A DNA stretch of 64,000 nucleotides from Diadema antillarum (taxonomy: Eukaryota): contig NW_027270997.1 in assembly GCF_040938485.1 (NCBI RefSeq), positions 496,001-560,000 of the forward strand. The letters run 5' to 3'. Shown in pieces: positions 1 through 12,757 of this stretch. The stretch's first letter is position 1. Each line of letters opens with the position of its first letter. The notes under the pieces were generated by a model. The model worked only from the letters and a program-made list of their open reading frames with translations. It was not told the DNA's origin and made no database searches. A program made the translations under genes and the position numbers.

Positions 1-535
1 CTCTGTCTCTCCAATGTCATGTGTATGCACTATACGTTATGCACAAACACAAACATGATTATGATTATACAAGATGTATATATAATAAGGGCATATGCAT
101 ATACAATAATCAACAGGTATATTCATACAATCTGATATGCATTTATTTAAATTGATGATCGATTACCGACAGATAACAGTCTGATAGTCTATCTTTGTCT
201 TTCCTTATCATTACTTTTTCTCTATCTCTATCTCTCTTTAATTTTTTCTCTCTCTATCTGTCTATCTATCTACTATATCTATATGTCTTTCTATCAGGGC
301 GAAATTTCACCATCAATGACACAAATTTATTCCGACTCAACAATTAAGACCATGATCCCGCCCCTCCCTCCCTTCGACACCCCGCCCCCATCTCACTCCC
401 TTGATTTCTCAAACCTTGTGTTGCCATGGCAACCAGGCAAATTTTACACACATGGATTCCTTCTAGAGCTTTCATGAAGATTCTAGACTTGGGGAGGATT
501 TCCGCTCGTCTTGTTCCCTTTCTCAATACACTTAC

Positions 536-570
536 GTTTTATCATTCTTAGTCGCCGTAGTGCAATTCAT
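536..570 (-). CDS. Candidate first coding exon (MNCTTATKNDK, phase-2 donor)
   Basis: aaacATG followed by AC|gtaagt. Very short and unrecognised. Confidence 0.22.
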
Positions 571-645
571 GTTTATCGAAAACGGACTTACAAATAAATT
601 ACTTTACGTAGATTTCAGCAGAAAGCGCAATGTATTGGCATATAC

Positions 646-661
646 TGTATATGTATATATA

Positions 662-694
<33 letters not shown>
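646..694. repeat. (TA)n microsatellite
   Basis: Directly visible. Confidence 0.9.
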
Positions 695-697
<3 letters not shown>

Positions 698-1330
698 GTT
701 CATTGTATATAAAGATATAGTACATATATTACACCAAGAAATAGTACATTGTAGATAAAGATATACATATCTAGATATAAACATGTAATATGATACACAT
801 ATATGTGCGTGTGTGTATACACATGCAAAAGTGTGAGTGTATGCACATACACACAGTATGAAAGGTAAGAAACCGAAACAATGACTCTTTCTGCGCATAT
901 TCAATCATACTATCCATTGCTAAGAAACAAAGACATATACACAGAGAAACCTTCAAATACATGACACTTGGCAAAATGAAAGCAAACCAAAACTACCGGT
1001 TGACAACGCTATGAACTCGAGTGTCCTTTTCCGAAGTGAGACCTGCAATTTTTGTTTTGTAAGTGTTTTTTAATGCTCTTATATGTGAGTGATGCGAAAC
1101 TAATGATCAGAATAGCAGAGGGTTTTACAATTTGCACGTTCTCGAGAAACGACTGTCATGTATTGGTCGCAACCATATCTCGTTTACAAATCTCCTATTG
1201 ATTACCACATTTACTTATTAGGGTGTATCATCTTCCTACTAAATCTAACATGGTGGGATCTTAAAAGGAATACACCGCATTGGAAGGGTGCAGAAATGTG
1301 ATTTCACAGAAGTGGAACGATATAAAACAA

Positions 1331-1640
1331 TAATATTATAATCATANNNNNNNNNNNNNNNNNNNNNNNNNNNNNNNNNNNNNNNNNNNNNNNNNNNNNN
1401 NNNNNNNNNNNNNNNNNNNNNNNNNNNNNNNNNNNNNNNNNNNNNNNNNNNNNNNNNNNNNNNNNNNNNNNNNNNNNNNNNNNNNNNNNNNNNNNNNNNN
1501 NNNNNNNNNNNNNNNNNNNNNNNNNNNNNNNNNNNNNNNNNNTCATTATCATTATTGTTACTATTATTATTATTATTATCATTATTATCGCTATTATTAT
1601 TATTATTATTATTATTATATCATTATTATCATTATTAATA
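1331..1640. repeat. (ATT/ATC)n microsatellite spanning an assembly gap (N 1347-1542)
   Basis: Directly visible on both sides of the gap. Confidence 0.85.
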
Positions 1641-4600
1641 CTACTACTACTCGCAGTCACTCAACTCTTTAAGGGTAATGATATTTCCCCTACCTTCTGA
1701 AGGAGGTATTAAAGTCGAGTGCTCTTCCATTATCCTATAAGATGAAACTATGTGTAATTCTCCATTTTGAGTAGAGTTCTATTCCTGTATCATCATGCAC
1801 TGTTATACCTTTCTTATCAAAAGCAAAACTAATAATTTCTGCATTCATCAATACTACATATGCGCGGGGGGCAAATTCTTTATGCTATACTTTCTGTGAT
1901 CTCAAATGCTGCGATGCTAAAAGTTGAAGTGGACATCCAAAGCCGGGGTAATTAGGGTGACGGAACTTAAAAGTTTAAAGTTCGCATTCAACAACGAAGT
2001 TATACCCGAAGGGGCTTATTACGACTCTATAATCATTTTATGTACCATATCATTACATAATATGTACATTAGTATAACACACAAACACACACGCATAAAC
2101 ATATATATATATGAAACATAAAATATGCATAATAAATATATATGTATGAATATGTATATAAATAGATACATATTATATATATATATATATATATATCATA
2201 TTCTCTGCAAATAAAAGGCCCTTCATCAAATTCTCTTCAGACTAAATGCAACTCCTTAACAGACATCGCGATCGCGTTGGTATTCGCCAGCAGAGGTAAT
2301 TTCCAGCAAAACTTTGTGATGATACGCAAAATGAACACATCTGCCTGTGAATATTGAGCAATATCATAGTTTACGGGGTCATGGTTGGTTTGTTGGTCGA
2401 CTTGTTCTGCTCAGATATCCGTATAGATCAACTGGGTTTGGGATGCATGGCTCTGAGAAAGGGCATGCAGCATTTCCTGTTTTCGTCTGGCTAGACCCAG
2501 CGCCACAGTGCACATAATATAATAGACAGCGTTCTACTTCTCTCCCTCCCCCTTCTGTTACTTAAAAACAAAGTAGATCTACTTGCTCTTCAAGTAGATT
2601 GACTCATTTACAGTCATACCGTTTGTGCGTGTATGACTAACTTGCGTTTTGTCATCCCACGGTTACAGATAAACAAATACCCATCGAACTCCTAAAATAT
2701 AGGCGTTAAGGAAACTAAACAGGTACATATCAGTCACTTGCAGAATAGGAATATATATCATTTTATTTCCCGACTATGAAATATGAAAGAGTACAGAATA
2801 ACCCTTTTGTGCATTCCATTCTGCATAAAGCACCTAAAATGGCATAAAAACTCTCCATCCTGCCGGAGAAGCGCATTCCTTAAGAAAACAAAACATATTT
2901 TTGCATATACACAAGTCAGCAGATGAATTGATAGATAGATAACTTTAGATATAGATGTAATTTCAGATATTGATTATCTTTTTCATTGTATGAATGTATT
3001 TTGCTCGTCTACACGCTCAAATATATTTTACGATTTTTTTTTTGCGTTTGATTGAATGAACTATATACCAAATACTAAATCAGTACCTTTCAAAACTAAT
3101 GCTATTCTATGTATAGCCAATCAAAACTGCCGTATACATATAACTTTGCAATTTTGAATTTGAATTTCTTGATACCCCTCAATGTCGGCGCAGTACGACT
3201 TTCGATTTATTTTCCCTACAGATTTTCAAGCTGAGGAAAAACCACTATAAAGATAGTATGTCAAACCCTATATATTTTCGTTTTTTTCTTCCATCAGATT
3301 GTTAAATACAAGTAGTTTTAGATTAGATTACCGCACTTATAGACCAAATCAACGATTTTCTTGAGCGACATGAATGTTTTCGAAACCGAAATGCAGTCGC
3401 TCTCGTTATCACTAGCTCCACACGCTCATTTCCTTGTTGGCATTTGTGACCAGCGAGCGAAACAAGTCCCACACGGCGTTTGTGATAATACAGGGGATTT
3501 CAATTGTCGGCACAAATGGCAATATACTATAATGGGTCTTTGCGCAACCAATTTTCCCTATTCTCCTGATAATATGTCGTCTTGACTTTCTGGTGGCATC
3601 TTCTTCTTTATTTTAAAACCAAAGTTCATGAATCTTTCAAAATGCTGCACGAATCTTGTCAAATGGAGATTTTAACGATGGGCCAGGTGGGAGACCCGAG
3701 GTGCTCTTAGAAGCGGTCACTGTGGTTTAAACAACTGTTGCGAGACAAACTTGTAAGTAAATCTTAAGGTCCCCAGTCATATATTCTGTCACTTCATGCA
3801 TTCGCTAAGCTGTCAGTTGTTGCTGTTGTTGTTTCTTTGTTTGTTTGTTTTTCTGGCAATGACGTCATTTCTCAGCCACCAGTTGTTCCTGGTCTTTTCA
3901 CTGACATATCTCTTCTTCTGTGTTCCTAGATCTGGTTGATATAGCCCAAGGAAGTGTGGGGCCAACAGAGGTAAAGCTCATTATCTAATCGATATGCATC
4001 CAGGCCTGCGCTTTATACATTTAAGATAATCATCAAAGACTATCGCTCTCTCATCTCTTCCATTGCTTTAAGGTCGTGATGGGCCTATCATACATAATGT
4101 ACGGACTTCATGTCATATGAAATATAGTTGTTGTTCATTTTCCATCCGTGAAGATGGCTGGATAGCCCATATTCAGCTACACTAAGCTGGTCTTCCATGG
4201 GGTCCAGTTGGTCCATAGTTCAAATAATCAAATGTAACCAAAATGTTTCAAAAGAGGAACGAAAGCTAGATGTGTTCTTTTGTCAATTTTGTCTGTATCG
4301 AACTGTCATATAATGTCACAATATTCTGAACAGAAAAATGATTCTCAGAGTCGAACACCCTGGTAGATAAAAATAAATTAAAGAAAAAAAAAGAAACAAA
4401 AAAGAAACTAAAAATCAGCCGACAAAATAAAGTGGCGCCCTTCTCGATCCGGCAAGAGAAATGAAGATGTCACTGAACAGACAATGATTCAAATGAACGC
4501 CTTAGCATTATAAAGACATCAAATAAAAGCAGAAATATCAGTAGCTGTTTTCGTCAAGTTGAGATACACTTCAAGGTTTCTCTCGGGGTGAGGTTAATTA

Positions 4601-5616
4601 AGTGGTAGACGTCATCATACAATCATTTCGAATCACAATGATCGCAACTACATGTGTACACCAACCATGCCAGCGAGGCAACAACCAACAACCAGCTTTT
4701 CTTATACACACTTTATGGTTGCTGCGATGGTCACTCAAATCTTCAGAGCTTGTTGATATAATCCTAAACGTCCTTGAAGAAATGCTGAGTGACGCGCAGT
4801 TAATCCGCCAGATTTCCTAGTTTCGATGAAATTTAATGATAATGTATAACTATTGACCATCAGGATTATCATGTCCGGATCAAATTCCCATCAAGACGGA
4901 CGCAAAGGCGTCTATCTTTTATACTGGCTTCTTTTGTTTGCAGTACCAGGGGTGAATTTTTCGCTGTGCCATTACGAACGAGGCATCATAATGAAATGAT
5001 TATTCCTGTCTTTCCTGTCAAAAAATGTGCAAAAGCATACACGCACACAGAGAACAACACGAAAAAAAAAAAGCAGACACAAAAACCAAAACCAGAATTT
5101 TCTAGGAAGACGGTAGAAGAAAAAGGTAGGCTAATCCGTTTTTAGAGATGTTTTGGATTTTAACGGATACAAAATATATTCAAAGGATGCATGAACAGTT
5201 CTATAATAGCGTAAGTGGCTCTATGGTCTTGGCAAAAATTAAACGCTCTCCGTACTAGTTTGTATTTGTCTGTCATTGTGGTCTTGTTTCTATAATGCGG
5301 AAGCTCATATTTTCAAAGCTAATTATACAGTTATCAAAACTCTACTTGAACACAACGTATAGATTACAGTCTCAACTACACCTGTGGGGTGTGCAGTATG
5401 TAAGTACAGGGAAGGGGGTGGAGTGCATCCCCCCCCCCCCCCACACACACACACACACAGTTGAACTCTGCGTTAATCATAGCAGACAAATTGATCGAAA
5501 CGAGATTTACAGTACTGGTGAAGTTTAGCCCAAACGTCCAGTTGTCAAGTCGTCGAATTTAATAGAAACTTGACAGACAACTATATTATTGACAATATTT
5601 TTCTGCTAAAACTTAC

Positions 5617-6010
5617 CTCACACAGGGCCAGATATCATCCGTAAGAAGAGTCCGTTATTGGATATTGGAAGTGTTTTTGATACGAAAACCTCCTCACACG
5701 AAGTGACTAATTGTGATGCAAAAAAGTGTCTGCGACGAAGTGACAATTGACTGCAGTCAGCCAACCAAAGTCTTGTCTTTACAGTGACACATAGACGTTA
5801 TCAAACAACGACATCATAACTGCGGCGTATCTTCTTCTTTTTCCCCTTCCTAATAAATCAAAATTCAGACGAGGAGATCATAAGGACACGTTTCGCAGTG
5901 CTTTACAATGATATCGCGGTGAAATCCGTGAGACGACATGGGGAGTGTAAAGCAGCCTTCACTGGGATTAAGCGGCGGATTTTCAGCGATCGTGATCCGA
6001 GGCGGACCTG
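5617..6010 (-). other. Candidate non-coding first exon and CpG-rich promoter of a left-running gene
   Basis: Consensus donor GAG|gtaagt (5616-5611), with CpG-rich sequence at 5820-6010. No ATG-led frame reaches the donor. Confidence 0.4.
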
Positions 6011-7189
6011 TCAATGAAAAAACAAAACAAAACAAAAAAACACGGATCTTGCAGCTTCAAGGTTTTCCATACACGCGTCTATAGAGTTGTTCTGCGAAGA
6101 ATTCACTTGTCCATGCAAACGTTGGAGATGGAGCGATATTGTCTGCTTCAAGAGGACTGTAACTAGTCGTGCACGGATTTGTGACTGTCACTATAGCTGA
6201 GACCGATATGAAACTTTGGCTTGTATACTCATACTGCTAATATCAAGATATTCCCCTTTTACTCACAAATTATTTTGCCATTTTGGTCTCCAGTGTTGCA
6301 GAACTCGAAAAAAAGAAGAACTTTTTCTTATAAGTTTAAGGAATGTTTTATATTACCAGGCTTTCTCAACCAAAAGGACCAGAGTATGTGTCATGCTTTG
6401 GCAAAAGGTAGCAAGAGGTTAAAGGTCCAACTCCAAGTTTCGGATATTGTCAAATTGGACTAACCACAATTCATTCGAGGCCAGAACTAGCTCTAAACAC
6501 AAATACCCAAACCCCATTGCAGGCCTGACATGCCTGAGAGATACGTGAGCGACGATTAAATAACATAGAGCCTACTCGCTCTTATGTTAGAGGAAACGGC
6601 AAATATGTTTCCCTAATTTCTAGGAAATATCGCTTTCGCCAATGTGCACTGCTCGCTTTCCTTTTACCAGATCCGGACAACATATACCCTATATGTGTTA
6701 GTTACGTGAAAGAAACATTAATTACAAATGTTTGAATTCTGTTTGAATCAAATAAAAGCAACCGAAACATTGTAAATTCTAGAATAATCACGATAACCTT
6801 AGCAATAGAAAAAGACACACAAACAAACGTGTTTCACACAAAAAACCCTCAAGAAATTCTGTCAAGATTGTCAAATTCCATCGTGCATATCATGATATCA
6901 CTATTTTAGTCAAAATGTGTCCAAAACACCAGATTGTTTTTGAGTTATCTTCATTCCGAGTCCTCGCAAGGGGGGGGGGGGGGGGGGGGGCAACCAATTA
7001 GGTGGCATCCGTAGTCATGGCAAACAAGACCGAGATGACATTCACAATCATGACGAGGATGCGGTCAATGACGGGGTAAGAGGATCGAGAGGTGAAGTTT
7101 ATAGCGCCGAAATACTGGATCTTTGATGGTATACGCATCACTTCGTGAAATTTGCCATCAAGAAAATAACAGATAAGTGAGGGGGGTGA

Positions 7190-7370
7190 GAAGATGATGT
7201 GAAGGAAGGGAATAAGAAGAAAATATAGATATAGAAGAATAAAAGAAGAAGTGGAAGAAGCAGTAGAAGAAGACAATGTTAAAAGACAAAGAGATCAAGA
7301 AGAAAGAAGAAGAAAAAAGAGGAAAGAAGGAGAAGAAGAAGATGGAGAGACCAGGGTGAGAAAGAGAATG
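7190..7370. repeat. GAA-rich purine tract
   Basis: Directly visible. Confidence 0.8.
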
Positions 7371-8345
7371 AGATCCAGATGATGTTCCAGCATATTTCCG
7401 AAATGAGACTTTAATCCCAAATCATGTTTTCTTCTGGCTATTTTGTTCTTATTCTTATCTGAGCGCAGACGGGGTCTAGAGGATTTCCCAGACAGTATAA
7501 GAGCATGAGCATGAAGTTTTGACGAGAAATGTCGAACTTGGTCTGTTTTTGATATCGATAAGAATATAATATATGCAGGATTTTTATATTTCTTGAATTT
7601 CGTGAGTCAGATTGGAAGTTCGATCCCACTTTACATCTAAACTGACTTTGATAATCATTGTAAAAGCAAACAAACGCAATGACAGATGTATCATCAAATC
7701 TGATGGGATATGATAAAGAAAGTTATTTTGACGTTTCACGTTTTTTCCACAGAGGAAATATTGGTCGCAACCACAAAGAATACGTATGAAACTTTTATAA
7801 ACACTACGTATGAGGCGATGATGTCATCCCCTCACACATCTACCTCTGGCCTTCAAGCTATTAAAATCGTCCCTAAATATCTCATTTTTTTTTTAACTTT
7901 TTTGTACACCAACTCATTAGAAAAGCTTTGTGTGTTTCTCACTGCATTATGCTGAATCATAATTAGTGAGTAATGAAGACTTTAATACCAAGTTGAAAGC
8001 ATTGAAGTCTCTAGATTTTCAACTGAAAGTAATTACTAGTACTGTGATCTTCATGTTTTTGTGTTTTCATAAATTGGAGAGTTATGAGTAACCACAACAT
8101 CACCTTTTGATATCTCATTTATTTCAACTTGGTTGTGACTAATTTCACTGCTCTGTCAAAATATGTGAAACTCTGCAATATTATACGACTCTCTTATTTC
8201 ATGTCAAATTTTGATGGACCTCTAAGACACCTGCTTGTTTACTTTTTGCTCTCTTTGTTGCGGTGTTTGTTGGAATCAACTAAAACATGATGCTGCATTT
8301 TACTTCGAATCCGTGTGCTCCATACCACCCTCTTTCCTCATTAGA

Positions 8346-8515
8346 CAGGGCTCGACACTAACGGTGGCCCGGTGGCCCGGGGCCACCAAAAACGCACGTC
8401 GGGCCACCAAAATTTCAGAAATGAAGCATTTGCAGTGGTGGCCTGATCGGGCCACCAAAAAAGGTCGGATGTTTGCCTTTGGGCCACCAAAAATAAAAGT
8501 TAGTGTGGAGCCCTG
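8346..8515. mobile_element. MITE with CAGGGCTC termini, 7-bp TSD and internal GGGCCACCAAA repeats (P- or hAT-like)
   Basis: 17-bp TIR cagggctcgacactaac / gttagtgtggagccctg with 1 mismatch. Perfect direct repeat CATTAGA at 8339-8345 and 8516-8522. Confidence 0.8.
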
Positions 8516-9728
8516 CATTAGATGTTAGGGCCTAAATTGACTTTTGACATTCGAATAGTCGTCTGAATGATAATGGTGGGTGCCAAAATTCTCCTTCGTG
8601 ATTATCAAGAATACATATTTCTAATAACAGTTGAATGGAACCGGACACGAGTTCTGATATTCATCAGATCGATCGCCCTCACGACTGACCAGGGCTGAAC
8701 TAAAACGGTCATATCAAGTCACGTTATCTTACCGTAATCTATACATGCTGTTCCGCTATGTAACACGCCTTTAGCACATACACTTTTTGTAACACCTCAC
8801 TCCGATTTAAAGGGAAAACGTAGTTCTCATATGCCTGAGGAACTGTCGAATTTTGCTCTAAAACGTACACATATTACGCTATAATAACATGATTTCAGTA
8901 TGGTAACGACAAAAATGCGAAATAATTATTAGTAAAAGAGGTTCGCCGGAAGTACGTGCAATCTCANNNNNNNNNNNNNNNNNNNNNNNNNNNNNNNNNN
9001 NNNNNNNNNNNNNNNNNNNNNNNNNNNNNNNNNNNNNNNNNNNNNNNNNNNNNNNNNNNNNNNNNNNNNNNNNNNNNNNNNNNNNNNNNNNNNNNNNNNN
9101 NNNNNNNNNNNNNNNNNNNNNNNNNNNNNNNNNNNNNNNNNNNNNNNNNNNNNNNNNNNNNNNNNNNNNNNNNNNNNNNNNNNNNNNNNNNNNNNNNNNN
9201 NNNNNNNTCTACAATCGACAAATCGCTATGCGCTCTAGTGAATGGCATGCAGCTTGTTGGAAAGTACGATTGCTAGGTCACGTAACGTTCTACCCTACCC
9301 ACTACAGAACAGGGAGAGAGCCTGCAGGAATCACACCGACTTTTATCATTTTTTTTTCTTCTTATCTCAAAATACTCCAAAAACAACTAATCATTAAGAA
9401 GTTTTTTGGTACTGCCTTTCGATATTGCAAGCAGATTCCAAATGGCGGAAGATGAATTTTGAGCCCTTCTGAGAAATATGTTTTGACTTTAATAGTTTCA
9501 TACCGACAAGTACGTACAGAGAACGTCAAGACATGGTCTCCATGACGTCACGAGTCAGTTCAAGTAGAGGTACATGGTTACCAATCCGCGTAGGCGGAAA
9601 CTCACATAAGCCCGTTTATTCCTCAGAAACCCAAATCATAAATCTATAGTCCTCCCTTGGATTTGAACATAGCAGAAGCACCCGCAAAATACGTCATCAA
9701 AAACAAAACATAAACTCTGTATACTCAC

Positions 9729-9802
9729 GCTGTGATTTCCCATTCACCACCGCATGATTTGTACATACGGAGAGCATCAGTGTGGAGCGCTGGTAGCTCC
9801 AT
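9729..9802 (-). CDS. Candidate first coding exon of a left-running gene (MELPALHTDALRMYKSCGGEWEIT, phase-2 donor)
   Basis: accATGG Kozak context and GC|gtgagt donor in a GC-richer island. No protein family recognised. Confidence 0.3.
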
Positions 9803-11544
9803 GGTTCAAAATGCGCATGTACATAAACCAGTCCCAGTAATGTCACGAGTGCACCAGGCCCAGTGTGTAAAACCAGACCGCACAAATAACATCATCTGTT
9901 TCACAGAAACAAACCACGTGTCTGCAACGGTTACCATGGCTACGAGACTCCTTGAGGCCCGCTGCATTTTCGGTAACACGGAACTGGGGTTAACCCCAAG
10001 TGGCGAGTCAAACTCTCTCTTTCTCGCACCCCCTTCCCCTCCACGATTCCCACTCAATTTTCTTCTCCTTTGTTTGTTTGCTTTTTCCATGGTATGATCC
10101 TTCTCCCAGTCGGTAACATTTCCCAGCAGAAATGGAGAGATATTACTCTAATATTAGGAAAAATTCAACTCTACTCGTGGTAACATGGGATTTTGTATTA
10201 TTGTCATATGTATTTTCAATGCTATGGATTTACCGCTGACAGCCAGGATGAATGAAATATTTCTAGAAACAACATGCATTGCTCCTACGTGGGTTAACCA
10301 AGAGAGAGAAGTACACTTTTTTTCAGTGCAGTTGATCTAAGTCCTCAGAAGCGCTTCCTTCGTCATGACAGGATTTGTGTTTATTGTTTATTTGTCTGAC
10401 ACTTGTCCGTATCTGTATGCGCGCTCATGAGTGTTGATATCTAAGCAATCTCTTTGATATGTATAGATATGTAAACTTATATCAATGGGGTAGTTGATGT
10501 GTCTGTTTCTTTAAGGCTGAAGTCACCCATCTTAGGGGACTTTGAAGGCATTTACAACGGATTATGCATGTACATTGTTGTTCCATTGCTGGCTGTATTG
10601 AATTATGATAACTGGTGCATGTGGGTGGTGAGGACCACTGTGTCTTTAATGCCTGGGATATTCATCATTACAGTATCGTCCAATCATCGTTTCTCGTTGT
10701 CATTAAGTGCAATTTTCAATCATTTCCGCCTTACAATGATGCACATTCTATTTTCATTATTCATCTTTCATCTTCCCCTAGGTTCATCTCTTCGTGGCAG
10801 ACTGGAATTTCATTAAAGTAAACTTCGTGGGACCAGTGACATCACTTCCTCAAAATATCGAAATTCAGCCGAATCAGGGTTTTGAGTTTTTAAAACTAGA
10901 ATTTTAAACAATAAACATTTACTAGAACTTTGTCGACATAACAAAAAGTTGCTATATATCATCGGTGGGTTTTTGAAAGACGGAAATCCACAGTATTTCG
11001 AAAATTTAGGATATGTAATTATCTATGAAGAGTGCAAAAACAATGCATTATGAGTGCGAAATCACGAAAATTAAGAGCTACAATGCAATTATTACACTGA
11101 TGTTGGCGAAGTCTTATTACCGATGTCGAGTATGCACGTTGTCATTCCATAGACAGTTTGCATTTAAGTGAACGTGTATCACCGTGTTTTCACATTTTGC
11201 GCACAACCTGGCATTTTAATGTATTCATGTTTGATGCATAACCTGAAATACTGTCAAAGCATATAGTTTGCCCGGCAACAACTATAATAGCAACAACTAT
11301 ACTGAATGTCAACTGGATCTTACTCGGGCTTCAGCAAAGATTCATAAAAGCTTGTGGAAGTTGAAATTACTCAGCTCATCACATGACAGAAGCATCCATC
11401 GATTTGGGGACATTACAAACTTCCTTATTTGTGTGGTTTTGAAGGAGTCAAGTGCATTGTGTCTCCCGATTCAATTGTCCATCTGCCACCGAAGGCCCTC
11501 ACTCCCTCCCTCTGAATTGTGTTCTACAGTACAATGTACATGTA

Positions 11545-11712
11545 TTCTCCTTCTCCTCTCTCTCTCTCTCTTCCTTCCTTTTTCTATTTCACTGTCTCTC
11601 TCTCCCTCTCTCTCTTCCCTCCCTCTTTTTCTTCACCTTTTCTTTCTCTTCTCTTCCTTTCCCCCTTTCTCTCCCACCCTCTCGCTCTCTTCCAGTCTCT
11701 TCCTCCATCTCT
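11545..11712. repeat. CT-rich low-complexity tract
   Basis: Directly visible. A second tract lies at 12120-12290 between the two family A MITEs. Confidence 0.85.
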
Positions 11713-11717
11713 CTTAA

Positions 11718-12113
11718 AGGGATGGTATAGTATTGGTTGAGGTGAGGATTCAGTCTCACCTTTTGGAAGATACTTAGAAGTCACTTTATGAAATGATAAA
11801 AGAGCATACAATTCTAGAAGGAATTCAAAGTTCATTTCAATAACATCGGTTTCGAAATGGCCGAGATATCCAAAAACAAAGTAAAGTAAAACAAAGTGTT
11901 CCTAATAAAAGGTGGGTACGCCTTTTATTGGGGTTGCTTTGTTTTGGATATCTCAGCCAATTAAAATCAAATTTTCATCAAATAAACTTTTAATTCCTCG
12001 TATAATTATATGCTCTTTCATATTTCATTAAAGGTTTCTCATGTTCTCAATAATAATCAACAAAAAACGTTGGCAACCTGTAACCCCTTCTCAACCGAAA
12101 CTGTACTATCCCT
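11718..12113. mobile_element. TTAA-flanked MITE with AG...CT termini (Kolobok-like), family A copy 1
   Basis: ttaa|agggatggtatagtattggttgag ... ctcaaccgaaactgtactatccct|ttaa. Extended internal inverted symmetry. Confidence 0.8.
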
Positions 12114-12371
12114 TTAATTTCTCTTCCTCCCTATCTGTCTCTCTGTTTCTCTTCTCCTTTCTTCATCCCTCTCCATCTCTCTCTCCATCCCTCTCTTTCC
12201 TTCTGCTTTTCTTTCTTTCACTCCTTCTCTCACCTTTCTGTCCATCTCGATTCCTCCCATCCCTCCATCCCCTCCTGCTCCTTTACCCTCTACATGCCAC
12301 ATTACTTTACTGTCTATTGTTATGTATGTGAACTTTGTGCACATGAGACTCACTGGCACAGGAAGGGTTAA

Positions 12372-12757
12372 AGGGATCGTATAGTTTTGGTTTAGACCTA
12401 ACTTGAGGTTTTTAGCATTTTTTGTGGGGATAATGGAAAACCATCTTATGGAATATGAAAGAGCAAGTACTTCCGAGAGGGATTCAATGTTTCTTTGATA
12501 AAAATTGGTTTTTAAATGGCTAAAATATAAAAAAACAAAGCAATTTTAATAAAAGGTGGGACCTACTCTTTATTAGGAATGCTTTGTTTTACTTTGTGTT
12601 TGGATGTTTCAGCCATTCCAAAACTGATTTTCATCTTACAAGCTTTTAATTCCTCTTAGAATAGTATATGTACTGCATTATTTCATAAGTGGTTTCTTGG
12701 TGTCTCACAAAATGTTAAAAGCCCAGTCCTCATTTCCACCAATACTATACCATCCCT
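12372..12757. mobile_element. TTAA-flanked Kolobok-like MITE, family A copy 2, inverted relative to copy 1
   Basis: ttaa|agggatcgtatagttttgg ... ccaatactataccatccct|ttaa. Its right end is the reverse complement of the left end of copy 1. Confidence 0.8.

Noticed and set aside
2833-2842. CArG box CCTAAAATGG
   Set aside because: It is isolated and far from the muscle gene; several such sites are expected by chance.
7618-7627. B-box-like GTTCGATCCC suggesting a tRNA or SINE
   Set aside because: No A-box or cloverleaf is present, and it sits in a transposon-like fragment.
9729-9895. Minus-strand frame with three in-frame TGA codons (DDVICAVWFYTLGLVHS*HYWDWFMY...PH*CSPYVQIMRW*MGNHS), suggesting a selenoprotein or recoding
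   Set aside because: No SECIS element or selenoprotein motif was recognised, and TGA is frequent by chance. Another frame offers a simpler ATG-led exon.
11268-12359. Leu/Ser/Phe-rich ORFs, also at 59399-59855 and 60913-61418
   Set aside because: They are translations of CT/GA low-complexity tracts.
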